A stretch of DNA of 64,000 bases from Octopus vulgaris (lineage: Eukaryota). The notes beneath the pieces are model-generated. The model was given only the letters and a program-made list of their open reading frames with translations, was not told the DNA's origin and ran no database searches. Below, piece by piece: positions 40,976 to 53,891 of the stretch. The stretch lies in NCBI GenBank assembly GCA_951406725.2, contig OX597822.1:100254001-100318000 (forward strand). Reading direction: 5' to 3'. Numbering within the stretch: position 1 is the first letter of the stretch; each line of letters starts with the position of its first letter. Both the position numbers and the translations under genes were made by a program.

Positions 40976-41152
40976 TTAAATGATGATGAAGCTATATATA
41001 ATCATTTAGTGCTGGTAGAAATAGCATATATTCTCTTTGAAGTATTTTGAACTAATTTGGTCATTTTTTTTTAATAAAAGAAATGTAAGTTATACTTTGA
41101 ACATGAATCTATAGTCATAGTTTATTGTCAATAAATAGATTATTATTTTCAG

Positions 41153-41256
41153 GTGAAAACCAAAGACGTTGAAGTGCATTGGTCTTGTTGTGGGTTTAAA
41201 AATGGTTCCAATGTTGAAGCACCACCATTTATTGTTAAGAAAGACGATATAAAAAG
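41153..41256 (+). CDS. UBE2O: UBE2O exon E (VKTKDVEVHW...APPFIVKKDDIK), phase 0-2
   Basis: Acceptor ttttcag, donor gtaaca; VxW and PP motifs; phase fits. Confidence 0.9.
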
Positions 41257-41833
41257 GTAACAAGATTCACCATAACAATCTTTTCTTTTTCCTTTTAACT
41301 TATCTGAATTTAACCTTGAAAATGCTTTGCTACTTTTTATAAGTACAGAAAATTGTCCCTCAATCATAATGTTTTATTTTTTCCCCTTTTTTTCTGTAAA
41401 ATAATTTCTGTTCCCAAAGTTATGATAAAGATAAAACTAATTGGAAATTAATGACAGATTTTTCAGGTATTTGATTTGTTTAAACTATTAGTAATAATCT
41501 TGTATTGTTTGCTGAAATAGGAAATGATGATTTAGTTGAGCAGTGCAAATAAAAAAAAAAAAAATCTAAAATTAATCTATTCATGTTAATTGCTTGATCA
41601 GTTCTTACTCTTCATTTAGTCATTCACTATATCTACCCTTATGTGCTTCTGACCCCCATTTCTGTCACTGTGCATCATATATCTCTCTCTCTCTCTCTAT
41701 CTCTCCAGACTTCTCATCATCTCCTTATTTTTTTACCTATCTACTGTTTTACCGTTATGTGATTGCTCCTCCCTGACCCACTCCTATTTTCCTTACCTTC
41801 TCCCTGAGATTCACTGTTGTCTATACCTCTATC

Positions 41834-42131
41834 CTAGTGGTTAGAGCAGCGGACTCGTGGTTAAGGGATCGTGGGTTCGAATCTCAGACTGGGTGATGTG
41901 TGTGTTTATGAGCGAAACACCTAAACTCCACGCGGCTCCAGCAGAAGGTAATGGCGAACTTCTGCTAACCCTTTCGCCACAACTTTCTCCTCACTCTTTC
42001 TTCCTGCATCTTGCAGCTCACCTGCGACAGACCGGCGTCCTGTCCAGGTGGGGAACCTATACGCCAAGGAAACTGGGAAACTGGCTCTATGTGCCAGGCA
42101 TGGCTTGAGAAGGAACAAACAACAATAACAA
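41834..42131 (+). mobile_element. tRNA-derived SINE with (AAC)n tail
   Basis: TAGTGGTTAGAGC...GGTTCGAATCTC B box. Confidence 0.75.
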
Positions 42132-42757
42132 CTATCCTTATTTACTCTTCACTTCTATCTTCATCTCTGTTGTCTGTCACTTTCTTTTAGCATTCTCATG
42201 AACATTCTGTCATCCTCAATTCTCTGTCCCTGTTCTCTTTTATACCCACCTTGTACTTTGAGGGCACACCCTGACACCTCATCTCCACCATCCTTTCTCC
42301 CTTTCCTACTGGAGTAGCCATGTATTTTGTATTTCCTTTGCAACAAGACCACTGTTCCTGTCCCTCTAACATATTTTAACCTCTCAACACCTGGCATAAA
42401 GTCATCTCCCTCAATACTGCATCCCTTACTCTGTCAGGGAGGGTCTTGTCTTGTGAGTTACTGGGTGACCTTGTTAATGTTGGCACTATGTAAAAAGGTA
42501 CCCTGTACACTCTGTAAAGTGGTTGGTATTAGGATGGGCATCCAACTGTAGCAATCGTGCCAAAGCTGCTACAAAGAGTTCAGTGCAGTCTTCTGGTTCC
42601 TTGAATTCTGCCAAACTGTTCAACCTCTGCCAGTATAGAATACAAACATTAAATGAAGATGATGATATGACCTTTATTTGATGCGGCTGTATCTTCTGCA
42701 TTACAATGTTTAAGGCCTGCTTCGGGCCAAGCATAGCCATGTGGTATAAGAAGTTTG

Positions 42758-43171
42758 GGATCATTTTGGTTTGAACAGCAGTTTTTAACATAATTTTTAG
42801 GTAACTAAAAAATTTTAAACTTCGTATACTGGTAGAATGTGTTTATAAAACATCTTTTTCTCTTGGCTTTATTGAGAGAATTCTATAGTTTGTAAGATAT
42901 TTGTTGATTTTTTTTTCTTCAATTTCTGCAATTTCAAGCAATCATTGACGTCCATTGAGGTAAACAACATTCTGTGCCGTATGAATATGTCCCTCGTTTA
43001 AGAAACAGATTGGGTTTATTTACATTTGTGAAGAAAAAAAAGATACCCTTCCCCCCACCCCTAACCCTAAAATAGATTGAAATGCAATAGATCGATACTA
43101 GGGTCATAATTATGGGTGACAATTTCATATGACACCGCTAGAAAAAACTGCCGTTCAAACCGAAAAGATCC
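42758..43171. mobile_element. Merlin-like MITE inserted in a SINE head
   Basis: 30-bp TIR GGATCWTTTYGGTTTGAACRGCAGTTTTT; 8-bp TSD GAAGTTTG/GAAGTTGG. Confidence 0.72.
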
Positions 43172-43770
43172 GAAGTTGGTTTTACAACTTTGTTGTTCAG
43201 GTTGAATTCCAGTGTGGCACCTTGACACATTCACACACACCATTTTTCTCCAGCATTGGATGTAAAATACAGCCAAGAGACATTTTTGAAAGTCTAGTAT
43301 TCTTTGAATGAAGTTCTTTGTGATATTTGTTCTGCACTGAGCTACATTAACTCCTTTGTCACTGTGATTAAGTCTATTGGAAACTTGAAGAAAATAGTGC
43401 TACTGTTCTTCTGATGTGATATAAAATAAAAATGAAGTCTTAAGAACAGTTTAAAGAGTTAATCGTTTCTTCACTGTTGACTTAATTCTTTTTTGAGTTG
43501 AAGGACTTTGGGAAAAAAAGTTTTGGTGTTGATCAAAAGATAATAAGGATTGTGTGTGACCACAAATGGTTGTGCAGTTAGTTGGAAATGTGAAGGTTAG
43601 CAGTCAGGTGTGCATCTACTGTTAGAAATTTGCATGGAACAGGCACAGTGGCTACAGTAACATTTGTGAGCTATTGTTTTCTCATGTGCAAAATACATTT
43701 GAGTAAAAGTTAGTCCAGGTTTAAAGGCTATGATAACATACAGCCTGTATCATCTCTACGAGAACAAACC

Positions 43771-44001
43771 TATTTCTTTATTTCCCACAAGGGGCTAAAC
43801 ATAGAGGGGACAAACAAGGACAGACATAGGTATTAAGTTGATTAGATCAACCCCAGTGCGTAACTGGTACTTAATTTATCGACCCTGAAAGGATGAAAGG
43901 CAAAGTCGACCTCGGTGGAATTTGAACTCAGAACGTAACAGCAGACGAAATACGGCTAGGCATTTCGCCCGGTGTGCTAACATTTCTACCAGCTCGCCGC
44001 C
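43771..44001 (-). mobile_element. MetaSINE-like element, full length
   Basis: Reverse complement has GCCTTTCATCCTTTCAGGGTCGATAAAT..GTACCAG Meta-domain-like block. Confidence 0.78.
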
Positions 44002-44361
44002 TTATGAAAGCAAGCCTGTTCCTATCTTGATGAATTATGTGGATGCAAACAAACAAACAGTTGTCAAGCGATGGTGTAGAGTGCACACACACCCACAACG
44101 GGCTTCCATACAGTTTTCATCCACCTAATTCCCTCAAGCTTTGGTTGGCCTGGGGCTATTGTAGAATTGTAGAAGACACTCACCCAACATGTTGCACTGT
44201 GAAATTGAACCTGAAACCATGTGGTGGCAAAGCTCAAGCTCTGTTTACCTTATTTAACTTGTGTTATTTCTTTATCTCCCTCTAATAAATGTTGGATTCC
44301 TTTGCAGTAATTAAATGTTTGATGTAAATTAAAATTTTATTTTTTTATTTTTTTTTTTTAG

Positions 44362-44926
44362 AATGCAGAAATTAGATTGGTTTCACCACAGCTCTATTCA
44401 AATCGGAGACAAATGTTACTATACAATCACGGAGAGTGATGTTGTACTAAAGAGCCAACCAAAATATCATAACCCCCCCGACTTACAAAATGGAGGGGAT
44501 GCTTGCAAGAACAGCCTAGTCAATGGCTTTACACCAAATAATATGAAGAAGATAAAAGATAGAAGTCATGAGAACGAGTCAACAGTGACACCTGATGCCA
44601 ACGACCAGTGTGTACCTGAAGTCATCGATAATGTGTGTGTGACGAGCATTGATGAAATTGAGAATCTTGAAGAATACGAGGAACTAGAGGACGAGGAGGA
44701 ATCTGATAAAGCTTCCGCGTCTGGACAATCGAATGCTTCTAGTTCTTCGCTACGCAGGAAGAGAGCTTTTCAGCATGGTCCTGCACTGAAGACCCGTCTT
44801 ATGAAGAGAGTGCGAGGGAGAAAGGCCCGTCAGAAATTGATTTTACCTGAAAGGGAGTTGAAACCTGGGGAAAAAATACCTGTAGAAGTCTGTTACACTT
44901 TTTCTCTAGTTAATGTTGTCTGGCAG
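44362..44926 (+). CDS. UBE2O: UBE2O exon F (MQKLDWFHHSSIQIGDKC...acidic and basic NLS-like tracts...VNVVWQ), phase 2-0
   Basis: 565 nt open frame; poly-T acceptor, donor gtaatt. Confidence 0.94.
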
Positions 44927-44957
44927 GTAATTTTTTTGTTTTGTTTTTGTACTATGT

Positions 44958-44999
<42 letters not shown>

Positions 45000-45220
45000 T
45001 TTTACTTTTTCAGTCATTTGACTGTGACCATGCTGGAGCACTGCCTTAAAGGGTTTTTTAGTCAAAGAAATCGATCCCAGGACTTATTCTTTGTAAGCCT
45101 AGTACTTATTCCATCGGTCTCATTTGCCGAACCACTAAGTTAGAGGAACGTAAACACACCAGCATTGGTTGTCAAGTGATGGTGGGGGTACAAGCATAAA
45201 CACACACACACACACACATA

Positions 45221-46069
45221 CAGGGTGCAATGGGTAAATTGTTGCCATTTTATATTTTTAATTTTACGCATTGTTTTTGATTTTGTCGACTACACAGTAT
45301 AGTAGGGTCAGTTGGGCACCGTCTGTGAGGAAAAAAGCACCATGATGCAATTCATTCTACCAGAAATTTGGAAATGACATGTTATACTGCTTGGCATTTG
45401 TGTCAGAAGCTTCAATACGAACATTTCAGAGTGTTTGGGTGTTAGTCTGAGGACATGTACCACGAGTGATAAAAATCAAACATCCAGCCAACATAATGGT
45501 GTTTGGAGTGGTTACTAGCAATGGCAATGTTATACTTCCATTCATCTTCCCACAGGACCTCAGACTCAACACAGAGGCCTACATCAAGTGCCTGGCAGTG
45601 GTAATGTTGCCCTGGATCAAGAGGTTGGCTGCTGGAAAATCTTATGTTTGGCAACAGGATTCTGTGCTATGCCACACAAGTAGAACCCAGTCATGGCTGT
45701 CAGACAATTTCTGTGACCACATCACCCCTAACATCTGGCCACCTAACTCCCCAGACTGCAACCCCCTTGATTATTATGTGTGGGCACAGTTGAGTGAGAG
45801 ACCAGCAAAACTTGTAACACCAACGATGAACTGCTGGCAAGGATTATGGCAGCATTGACCAACATAAAGAAGGAGACCATCCAGAAGAGTTGCAGGAGAT
45901 TCTGATGTCATCTAGAGGCCATGGTTGAAGCCAATTTTATTGAATAAATTTACTCTTAGTATTTCAAGATATTTTTATATAATTTTGGTAAATATACCTG
46001 TTAAAATGAGATGTCAGTGTTATTTTCATTTTTGCATAATTTAGATGACAGTTTATTCACCGCACTCTG
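45221..46069 (+). mobile_element. maT/DD37D-like transposon remnant nested in a SINE (CA)n tract
   Basis: TIR CAGGGTGC...GCACTCTG, TA TSD; WQQD...WPPNSPDCNPLDYYVW. Confidence 0.9.
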
Positions 46070-47661
46070 TATACACACACACACACACATAAAACAGGTT
46101 TCTTTCAGTTTTTATCTACCACATCCACTCACAAGGCTTTGGTTGGCCCGAGGCTATAGTAGAAGACACTTGCCCAAGGTGCAGTGGGAGTGAACCTGGA
46201 ACCATGTGGTTAAGAAGGAAGCTTCTTACCCCACCTGCACCTGTTTATGTATATTATTTTTTTCCTCCAAAATGATTGAAGTTTGGTTCCCAACCAGAAG
46301 GTTTTGAGTTCAGTTCCACAGCTTTGCTTGCATGACAGTAACTCTTGTCTATCAAATTCACTCACAAGGCTTTATTTGCTCCTGCTTTATAATAGAAGAC
46401 ACTTCCCCCAAAATACTGCACCGTTAGACTGAACCTGAAACCACATGGCTTTGGAATAAGCTTCATAACTATACAACCCTGTCTGCATCTTGCTTATTCA
46501 GAAGAAAAGAGTAGAAGCCATAATCTTTTTTAATACCTCTGAGACAGGCAGAAGTGCATGTGTTGGGTGGTAGTTATCTGCAAAATAAAGAGCTAGCTTA
46601 AATGCCAACATTGAAAAATGGTGAAGTTTCTGATGATGCTCTGAAAGCAATAACAATAGAAACTCCTGATGTATTTTCTGAATACAAAAATTTTTTAAAC
46701 ATGTTTCAGCTACTAAATTTCCCTTTGGAATTGTCTTTTTTTTTTGTCAGTTCATTTGACTTAATATTTTGTTTCTAATTTCATGATGGAAATTTTATTT
46801 GGAGATATGTTATGTTATGTTGTTGTTGTATTCCAATTTACTATTCAATTTACTGTGATATGGGTCAGCTGTTTTTGACTAATATTAACAAAAATACATT
46901 TTTACAGTTTTCAAGCTTGTAATTTTGTTCTTTATTAGAATTAAGCTTTGGTGGAAACTTTTGTAGTGACATTTAACTGTAAAAGAAAAATATTTCTCTC
47001 AATAATGAATTTAGTAAAAGAAAAATGTCCTTAAGTTAGTGTTTGAAACATAACATGAAATTTTGATGGTTTAAATTTAGATCACTTTGAAACAAGAAAG
47101 TTGTATCATAGATCCAAGAGAAGTCCCGGGTGGGTCGGTATCAAAAGGGTTAGAAGTTAAAGGAATAACTATTACCTGTAGCTGCTCAATAAATATTTTA
47201 CTAAGCTTTGGAGTTAGCTATTCAACTTTTCTGTGTAGACTGTTGCTACTTCATGTATGAGAAGTGTTGTTAGCAACACAGAAATGGAACTCACCAGAAT
47301 CCTTAATCTGTTTAATCTTTGTGATACCAACATACCTTAGGCTGCCTCTGATTCAATGATATAATCTTTGTTTCAAAGTGATTTAAGTTTAAACCCTCCC
47401 TCAAAATTCCATGTTAATTTATGTTCCAAATACCAGATTAATAATGAAACAAAGACACTACATTTCAATAGAAATATAGTAACTAAAGGGTTAAATAGTA
47501 ATAATAATATAAGCTTGAAGTTTCTACTGTTTTACTATTGTTACTAAAATACGTTGACAGCAATTAATGATCAATTTGTTTTTGGTTTTTTTTGTAATCA
47601 TGAACAAAAAATACACCAAAAAATTTTTTTTAGTAAAGTGTTCTAAATTGTTTTTCTATAG

Positions 47662-47764
47662 GATGGTTCAATAGAATTAGGGATACCATCTCCAGAATTA
47701 TTTCCTATTCACCATTTAGATGAATTAGAATTTTTTCCTGGAGATTACGTTTTGGATGCAAAGG
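47662..47764 (+). CDS. UBE2O: UBE2O exon G (DGSIELGIPSPELFPIHHLDELEFFPGDYVLDAK), phase 0-1
   Basis: Conserved LFPxHHLDxxEFxPGD motif; ag/gtaagc. Confidence 0.95.
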
Positions 47765-48100
47765 GTAAGCTTTCGTTCTCTTGCTCTCTTTTTCTTTCTC
47801 TCTTTCTCTTCTCTCTTTCTCTCTCAAAAAAGTTTTTTGGCTTAACATATTTTTTGATAATTATTTCAGCAACTTTATTCAATGTCTTCAGTGAAGTGAT
47901 TCGTCTAATATTTGAATTTGTGAAGAAAAGAATTTATTGCTGGTTAAATTCTTTAATTCATGACTTATTGAAAATAAGGTTTTGTCCACATTTTATATTT
48001 GCCAGACCCAGACTTAATGTTTACAGTTAACTATCGAATATGCTCCTAATTCATTTGTTAGGAACCAAATTTTTTATGTGATTTGTGATTTTGTTTTCAG

Positions 48101-48206
48101 ATTCTGCTACCAGTAATATCTATGGGGTGGTTTATAGTTGCAATCATGCCGAAAGGACCTGTTTGGTAAAATGGATGAAAGTTTATGACGCTGGGAAATC
48201 TAATAG
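48101..48206 (+). CDS. UBE2O: UBE2O exon H (SATSNIYGVVYSCNHAERTCLVKW...), phase 1-2
   Basis: YGVV...RTCxVKW motif; ttttcag/gttagt. Confidence 0.94.
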
Positions 48207-48597
48207 GTTAGTTTTGCGAAGCAAATCAATTAAATACCCTTATTAACTTTTGTTCAATGGCCTAGTGTTAACAACTGCTATAAATATTTAAAAATGTTTT
48301 ATGCTCAAAAATGTGAGAGCTGATTTTATTTATTCTTTCACTTGTTTCAGTTATTTGATTGCAGCCATGCTGGAGCACTCACTACCTTGAAGGGTTTTAA
48401 TTAAACAAATCAACCTCAGGACTTATTTCTTGAGCCTACTACTTATTCTATCTGTTCCTTTGGCTCAACTGCTCAGTTATGGGGATGTAAACACACCAAT
48501 AGTGGTGATGGAGGGGGAAACACAGACACAAAACACACAGATATACATATACGCACACCCACACACACATATCTATACATATATATACATATACACG

Positions 48598-48634
<37 letters not shown>

Positions 48635-48642
48635 GATATATA

Positions 48643-48990
48643 TCATCATCATCGTTAATGTCCGTTTTCCATGCTAGCATGGGTTGGACAGTTTGACCGG
48701 GGTCTGGGAAACCTGGCGGCTGCGCCAGGCTCCAGTCTGATCTGCCAATGTTTCTACAGCTGGATGCCCTTCCTGATGCCAACCACTCCGTGAGTGTAGT
48801 GGGTGCTTTTTACGTGCCACCGGCACAGGCCAGAGGAGGCCAGCAGACAGCACGATCGGTTGGTGCTTTACACGTGTCACCAACACGGATGCCAGTCAGG
48901 CGGCGCTGGAATCAGCCACATTCGGATGATGCTTTTTACGTGCCACCGGCATGGATATCTTAACTACAATTTCCATTTGATTTTGATGTT
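48643..48990 (-). mobile_element. RTE-3'-end repeat nested in a tRNA-SINE (48332-49170, -)
   Basis: SINE halves flank the insertion. Confidence 0.85.
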
Positions 48991-50055
48991 GGTGTTGACA
49001 TATTTGGCTCAATGAGGAGCTTCTTTCAGTTTGTCCACCAAATCCACTCACAAGGCTTTGGTTAGCTTGAGGCTTTAGTAGAAAACACTTGCTCAAGGTG
49101 TCACACAATAGGACTGGATCTGGAACCATGTGGTTGGGAAGCAAGCTTCTTGCCACACAGCCATGCCTCCACCTTTATTTCTTCTTTTTTTATTAAATTG
49201 ACCTTCATATCGGTTTGAGTCCCTTGGGCTGGCATTTAAAAGCCTTACCAAACTGTTTTGTGTTCTTATTTGTCTTTGTTTTTGTTAAGTTTGTGTTTAG
49301 TGTATCCAACTGTTGTTATATAGACAAGTATGTCTGTGTGGATGAGAAGCTGGCTTTGCAACTGCCTGAATCTGGGTTCAGTTTCACTGTTCATCTACTT
49401 CAAGTTAACCAAACAAAACCTTAAGTAAAATTTGGTACAATGGAACTGGAAGCCTGTCAGTTGTGTTGTGTGTGTGTGTGTGGGTAAACAAAATTGGTGC
49501 AGTAATCACAAAAAGAAAAATCTTGTATTTGGGTTAGACCATGTTATCTCCTTTTAGGCAAGGACGACTTGCCTTTTGTGTGTGTGTCTTTCATGAGGTC
49601 GGTAACCAGATAAACCACTGGGATTGGCTAATACATTCAAAGCGATAAGGGTATTCTAGCTTGGCCATAGTCCTATGACTGAATCCAACAGAAAAACAGA
49701 ATTAGGGTCTCTTCCATTGATTTTTTTTTTTGTTGAAAATAATTTATTGAAGTGTTTTTCAGTTTCCAATTCAAGTCAACAACAGAGTTTTCATTTCCAA
49801 TTATGGTATTTCGTATCATTTGCATGATATGAAATTCCTTAGAGATTGTCATAGATGTTACAACCACCATTTAACCGTTTCTTCCTTCTTTGAAGTTTTG
49901 TATTCTTCAGAGACAGCATTAGAAATCTTTCTTTAGCGACATTGAATGGGTGTGGAGTGTTTATATGGAAATAGATATGCTTATTTATGTGAAATTTTTA
50001 AACTTGATTTTGTTTTCATGTATTGCTTTACAATTATTTTCTTTTTCTTTGCCAG

Positions 50056-50164
50056 ACCTGAAGAAATATCGCTAAAAAGTGAAGTGAGTGTCTATGACAT
50101 AAAAGACCATCCTTATTACAAGTACCGGCCGGGGTATGCAGTTATCAGAGTTGATGGTGCAGAT
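50056..50164 (+). CDS. UBE2O: UBE2O exon I (PEEISLKSEVSVYDIKDHPYYKYRPG...), phase 2-0
   Basis: VSVYDIxDHP motif; gccag/gtaagc. Confidence 0.94.
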
Positions 50165-50684
50165 GTAAGCAGTTTATCAATTGTTTCCTTATTTATCATC
50201 ATTGTTTAATGTCTGTTTTCCATGCTGGCATGGATTGGACGGCTTGACAGGAGCTGTCCAGGCTCCAATTGTCCATTTTGGTACGGTTTCTATGGCTGGA
50301 TGCCCTTCCAAATGCAAATTACAATTGTCTTATTGTATTCCTTAGTTATTGTATAACTAAAACTGGAATTAGAAATGTTGTAGTTTCCAACTGCTGATGC
50401 TTCATAAACAAATATTATTTACACTTAAAAGGAAAAACTTTACTTTTTGTACGAATCTTACGGCATTTTTTTTTAACCTTTTATTTAATGGAAATATTCT
50501 TTGCTTCAAACAGGAATGGTACCTAGTTTTAGTTGCGCGGTGTTAAATTAGAATGTCTCTTGTTATTTAGAATGTAAGACATATTGTGATGAAGTTTAAA
50601 CACCATTACATGTTGTTCTATATTTAAGAGATGAGGAATTATTTACATTATTTACATTTGACAGACATTTGTCCTCATCTTGTT

Positions 50685-50976
50685 TCATCGTTCATTATCA
50701 TCGTTTAGCGTCCGCTTTCCATGCTAGCATGGGTTGGATGGTTCAACTGGGGTCTGGGAAGCCAGAAGGCTGCACCAGCTGGATGCCCTTCCTAACGCCA
50801 ACCACTCCGTGAGTGTAGTGGGTGCTTTTTATGTGCCACCAGCGGCTGGCAAATGGCCACGATCGGATGGTGCTTTTTACATGCCACCGGCACGGGGGCC
50901 AGGTGAGGCTGGCAGCGGCCACGAACGGATGGTGCTTTTTACGTGCCACCAGCACAAGGCCAGTCGGGGCGGCGCT
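50685..50976 (-). mobile_element. RTE-3'-end repeat between Penelope-like fragments
   Basis: Family core with internal deletion. Confidence 0.83.
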
Positions 50977-51223
50977 TAATAATAATAATATCGAAAAATA
51001 CCTTAGGAATGAGAACCCAGGTTTGAAATTTCCCCAAGATACCCATTACATCTTGTTTTGTGAATATTATGAATAGGTCATAGGTTTGTTTGTGTGGTAA
51101 GAAGTTTGCTTCCCAACCGCATGGTTTCAGGTTCAGGCATCTTAGGTAAATATTTTTGGACTGACCAAAGTCTTTTGAGTTGAATTTGGTAGACAGAAAC
51201 CGAAAGAAGCCTGTTGTATTTAT

Positions 51224-51276
<53 letters not shown>

Positions 51277-51448
51277 ATATATATATCATCATCATTTAGC
51301 GTCCGTTTTCCATGCTAGCATGGGTTGGACGTTTCAACTGGGGTCTGTGAAGCCGGAAGGCTTCATCAGGCCCAGTCAGATCTGGCAGTGTTTCTACGGC
51401 TGGATGCCCTTCCTAACGCTATATGTATATATATATATATATATATAT

Positions 51449-51780
51449 AGGGTGTGATGGGTAAATTGTCGCCATTTTATATTTTTAATTTTACACATGT
51501 GCATTGTTTGTTTTTGATTTTATCGACTACACAGTATAGTAGGGTCAGTTGGGCACCGTCTGTGAGAAAAACAGCACCATAATGCAATTCACTCAGCCAG
51601 AAATTTGGAAATGATGTGCTGGAAGCTCCAATGCGAACAGATGGTGAACACACAGAAAAACCGTTGGCTTGCTATGTTCCCAAAACGTGTACCAAAAGTG
51701 ATAAAAATCAAACATCCTGTCAAAATCATGTTGTTTGGAGTGATCACTAGTGATGGTGATGTTATGCCTCCATTCATTTA
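51449..51780 (+). mobile_element. Truncated copy of the same maT-like family
   Basis: Aligns to 45221-45545. Confidence 0.82.
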
Positions 51781-51813
51781 CTGGAGTAAATTTTTTTGAC
51801 TAAACTTCATTAA

Positions 51814-52034
51814 CCCTTTCGTTACTGTATTTCTGTTGAGGTGCTCTGTGTTTCTTTCAATTACTTTAAATATAACAAAGAATTTAGTAAAATAACTTAG
51901 TTATCATTCAGCTAGTGTTAGGAACATAAATTGTGACTGAGGTTTGGTGGAAGATTTTAATTCAAAACTTATGAAAACAAAACATTTGTACCTCAGAGCC
52001 AGAGCCGGTTTCAGCCAGGTTGGTAACGAAAGGG
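51814..52034. mobile_element. piggyBac-type MITE family A (221 bp)
   Basis: Perfect 12-bp TIR CCCTTTCGTTAC, TTAA TSD. Confidence 0.9.
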
Positions 52035-52231
52035 TTAAGACAGACTCCCAGCATGACTGAAGTCTAATGACTGAAACAAATAAGATTAAAGATGTTACTT
52101 TGACTGCTTCAGAAATACTTTATAACAGAATGTTTAGGAGAATATCTTGAAAATTAGTGCATTGAGGGTGAAATATAGAGACCCATGTTTTTAAAATTTT
52201 TTTTTTTATCTGTATCTTTTTTTATTTTTAG

Positions 52232-52366
52232 GAGAACAGCAATGGTGATATAGAAGCTGCTGGTCAGGTGTATCAGCTAGATCCTCAGGGCTTTGTTCTA
52301 ATCAAATGGCCAAGTAGTAAAGTTTCTTGCTGCTACCCACAAGAGCTTTTTATTGTTGGAGATGAG
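52232..52366 (+). CDS. UBE2O: UBE2O exon J (ENSNGDIEAAGQVYQLD...W...YPQELFIVGDE), phase 0-0
   Basis: GQV...W...PQxL motif; tttttag/gttagt. Confidence 0.92.
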
Positions 52367-52455
52367 GTTAGTTTTCGTGTTCTTTCATTTATAATTGTTG
52401 TTTAGCACCAGGTTAGTTTTGATCAAGTAGACCTATGACTCAAAGGCCCTTGAGA

Positions 52456-53158
52456 TGCCTGTGTGCTATGCTACACAGCATGCTACAAAGCAGAGAAAAA
52501 CGGGCTATGGCTGCAGAAGACATGGGAAAGCTTGAAACAAATGAAGCTAGTATGCTTCACTGGATGTGCAATGTCAGTGTGCATGTATGACAGTGTAAGT
52601 GTCTTGAGAGAAAAATTGGGCATAAGAAGCATCAGATGTGGTGTGCAAGAGAGAAGACTGTGCTGGTTTGGTCATGTGATATGCATGGATGAGGACGGAA
52701 AACATGGGATGAAGTGGTGAAGCATGATCTTCAGATGTTGGGTCTCATGGAGCTGATGACAAATGATCAAGACTATTGGAGGCTTGCTGAGCTTGAGAAG
52801 ACTCTTCAGGCCAAGTGAAATCGTAGTTGTGGACAGTACCAGTGACATGTAAGAGGCACCTGTGTTGGTGACACTTAAAAGGGACCTTTGCTGGTGACCT
52901 GTAAAAAGCATCTGTGCTGGTGACACATAAAAAGCATTTGTTCAGTTGACACGTAAAAGGCATCCATGATGGTGACACATAAAAGGGATTCATGCTGGTG
53001 ACACTCTTGGTGTGGTTGGCATTAGGAGGGGCATCCAGCTGTAGAAACCAAGCCAAAGTCAGACAAGCCTGTTGCAGGTCTCTGGTTTACCAGTTTCAGT
53101 CAAACCATCCAGCCCATGCCAGCATGGTAATCGCACACTAAATGATGAGGATGATGAT
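52456..53158 (+). mobile_element. 5'-truncated RTE LINE: RT C-terminus, 3'UTR with about 24-bp tandem units, (GAT)n tail
   Basis: LREKLGIRSI...ERRLCWFGHV motif followed by the abundant tail sequence. Confidence 0.82.
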
Positions 53159-53891
53159 TCAAATTGTCTTCTGAGAGCACAACGAATACAGTAGCTGTAA
53201 GTACTTTAAACATTTTAATACAGCAGTTTTCTTCTCTCTTTGGAAAATTAGTTTTTCTCATATCGAAGCCTTATTATTAAAACTCTATTTATTAAATAAT
53301 TAATAGAGGTAAGTGAAAGGTTTTTGTGTGTGTGTAAAATTATGCTTTTGAGTTCAGAATATCTCGAGGTTCTAACCAAATTTCCATGTATAAATATTTA
53401 GTTGAGGTAAAGGTGCAGGCATGACTGTAAGGTGGAGAAGTTCATTTCCCAACCATGTGGTTTCAGGTTCAATCTCGCACCACAATATTTTGGATAAGTG
53501 TCTTTTGTAGCCTCAGGCCAACCAAATCTTTGTTAGATTTAGTAGAAAGAAGCTCTTTGTGTGTTTGTACATATGATTTTGTTTACATTGTGCTTGTCTG
53601 AAAGTTGCTGAACTGCAAGTGGTGACATGGTCATTTTCCTACCAACAATTCGTCTTCTGGTTTTGTGCCTTTGAAGATGTGAAACAAGAATTTCCGTATC
53701 TGAGAAACAGGTAAGGGTTAGCAACAGGAAGGACATCTGGCTGTAAAACAAATTGCTCGATAATGTTTGTTTTTCCATACTAGGATGGACAAAAAAATAA
53801 CGTAAAAATGAAGAATAATCCTGTTTGTTGTTTTTCACTATTTTTCTTACATATATATGTATATTTTATTTGTGTTATTTGGTTTTGTCAG

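Noticed and set aside
41834-41900. tRNA gene
   Set aside because: No complete cloverleaf; continues into a SINE body and tail
46624-46665. CTGATGA with TGCT/AGCA stem
   Set aside because: GAAA core absent (ATAA) and stem I out of register
51340-51375. CTGATGA-AGCC/GGCT hairpin in an RTE-tail subfamily (- strand)
   Set aside because: Followed by TCAC, not GAAA; no stem III
52840-53005. About 24-bp repeats resembling a CRISPR array
   Set aside because: Contiguous units within an RTE 3'UTR; no spacers and no cas genes
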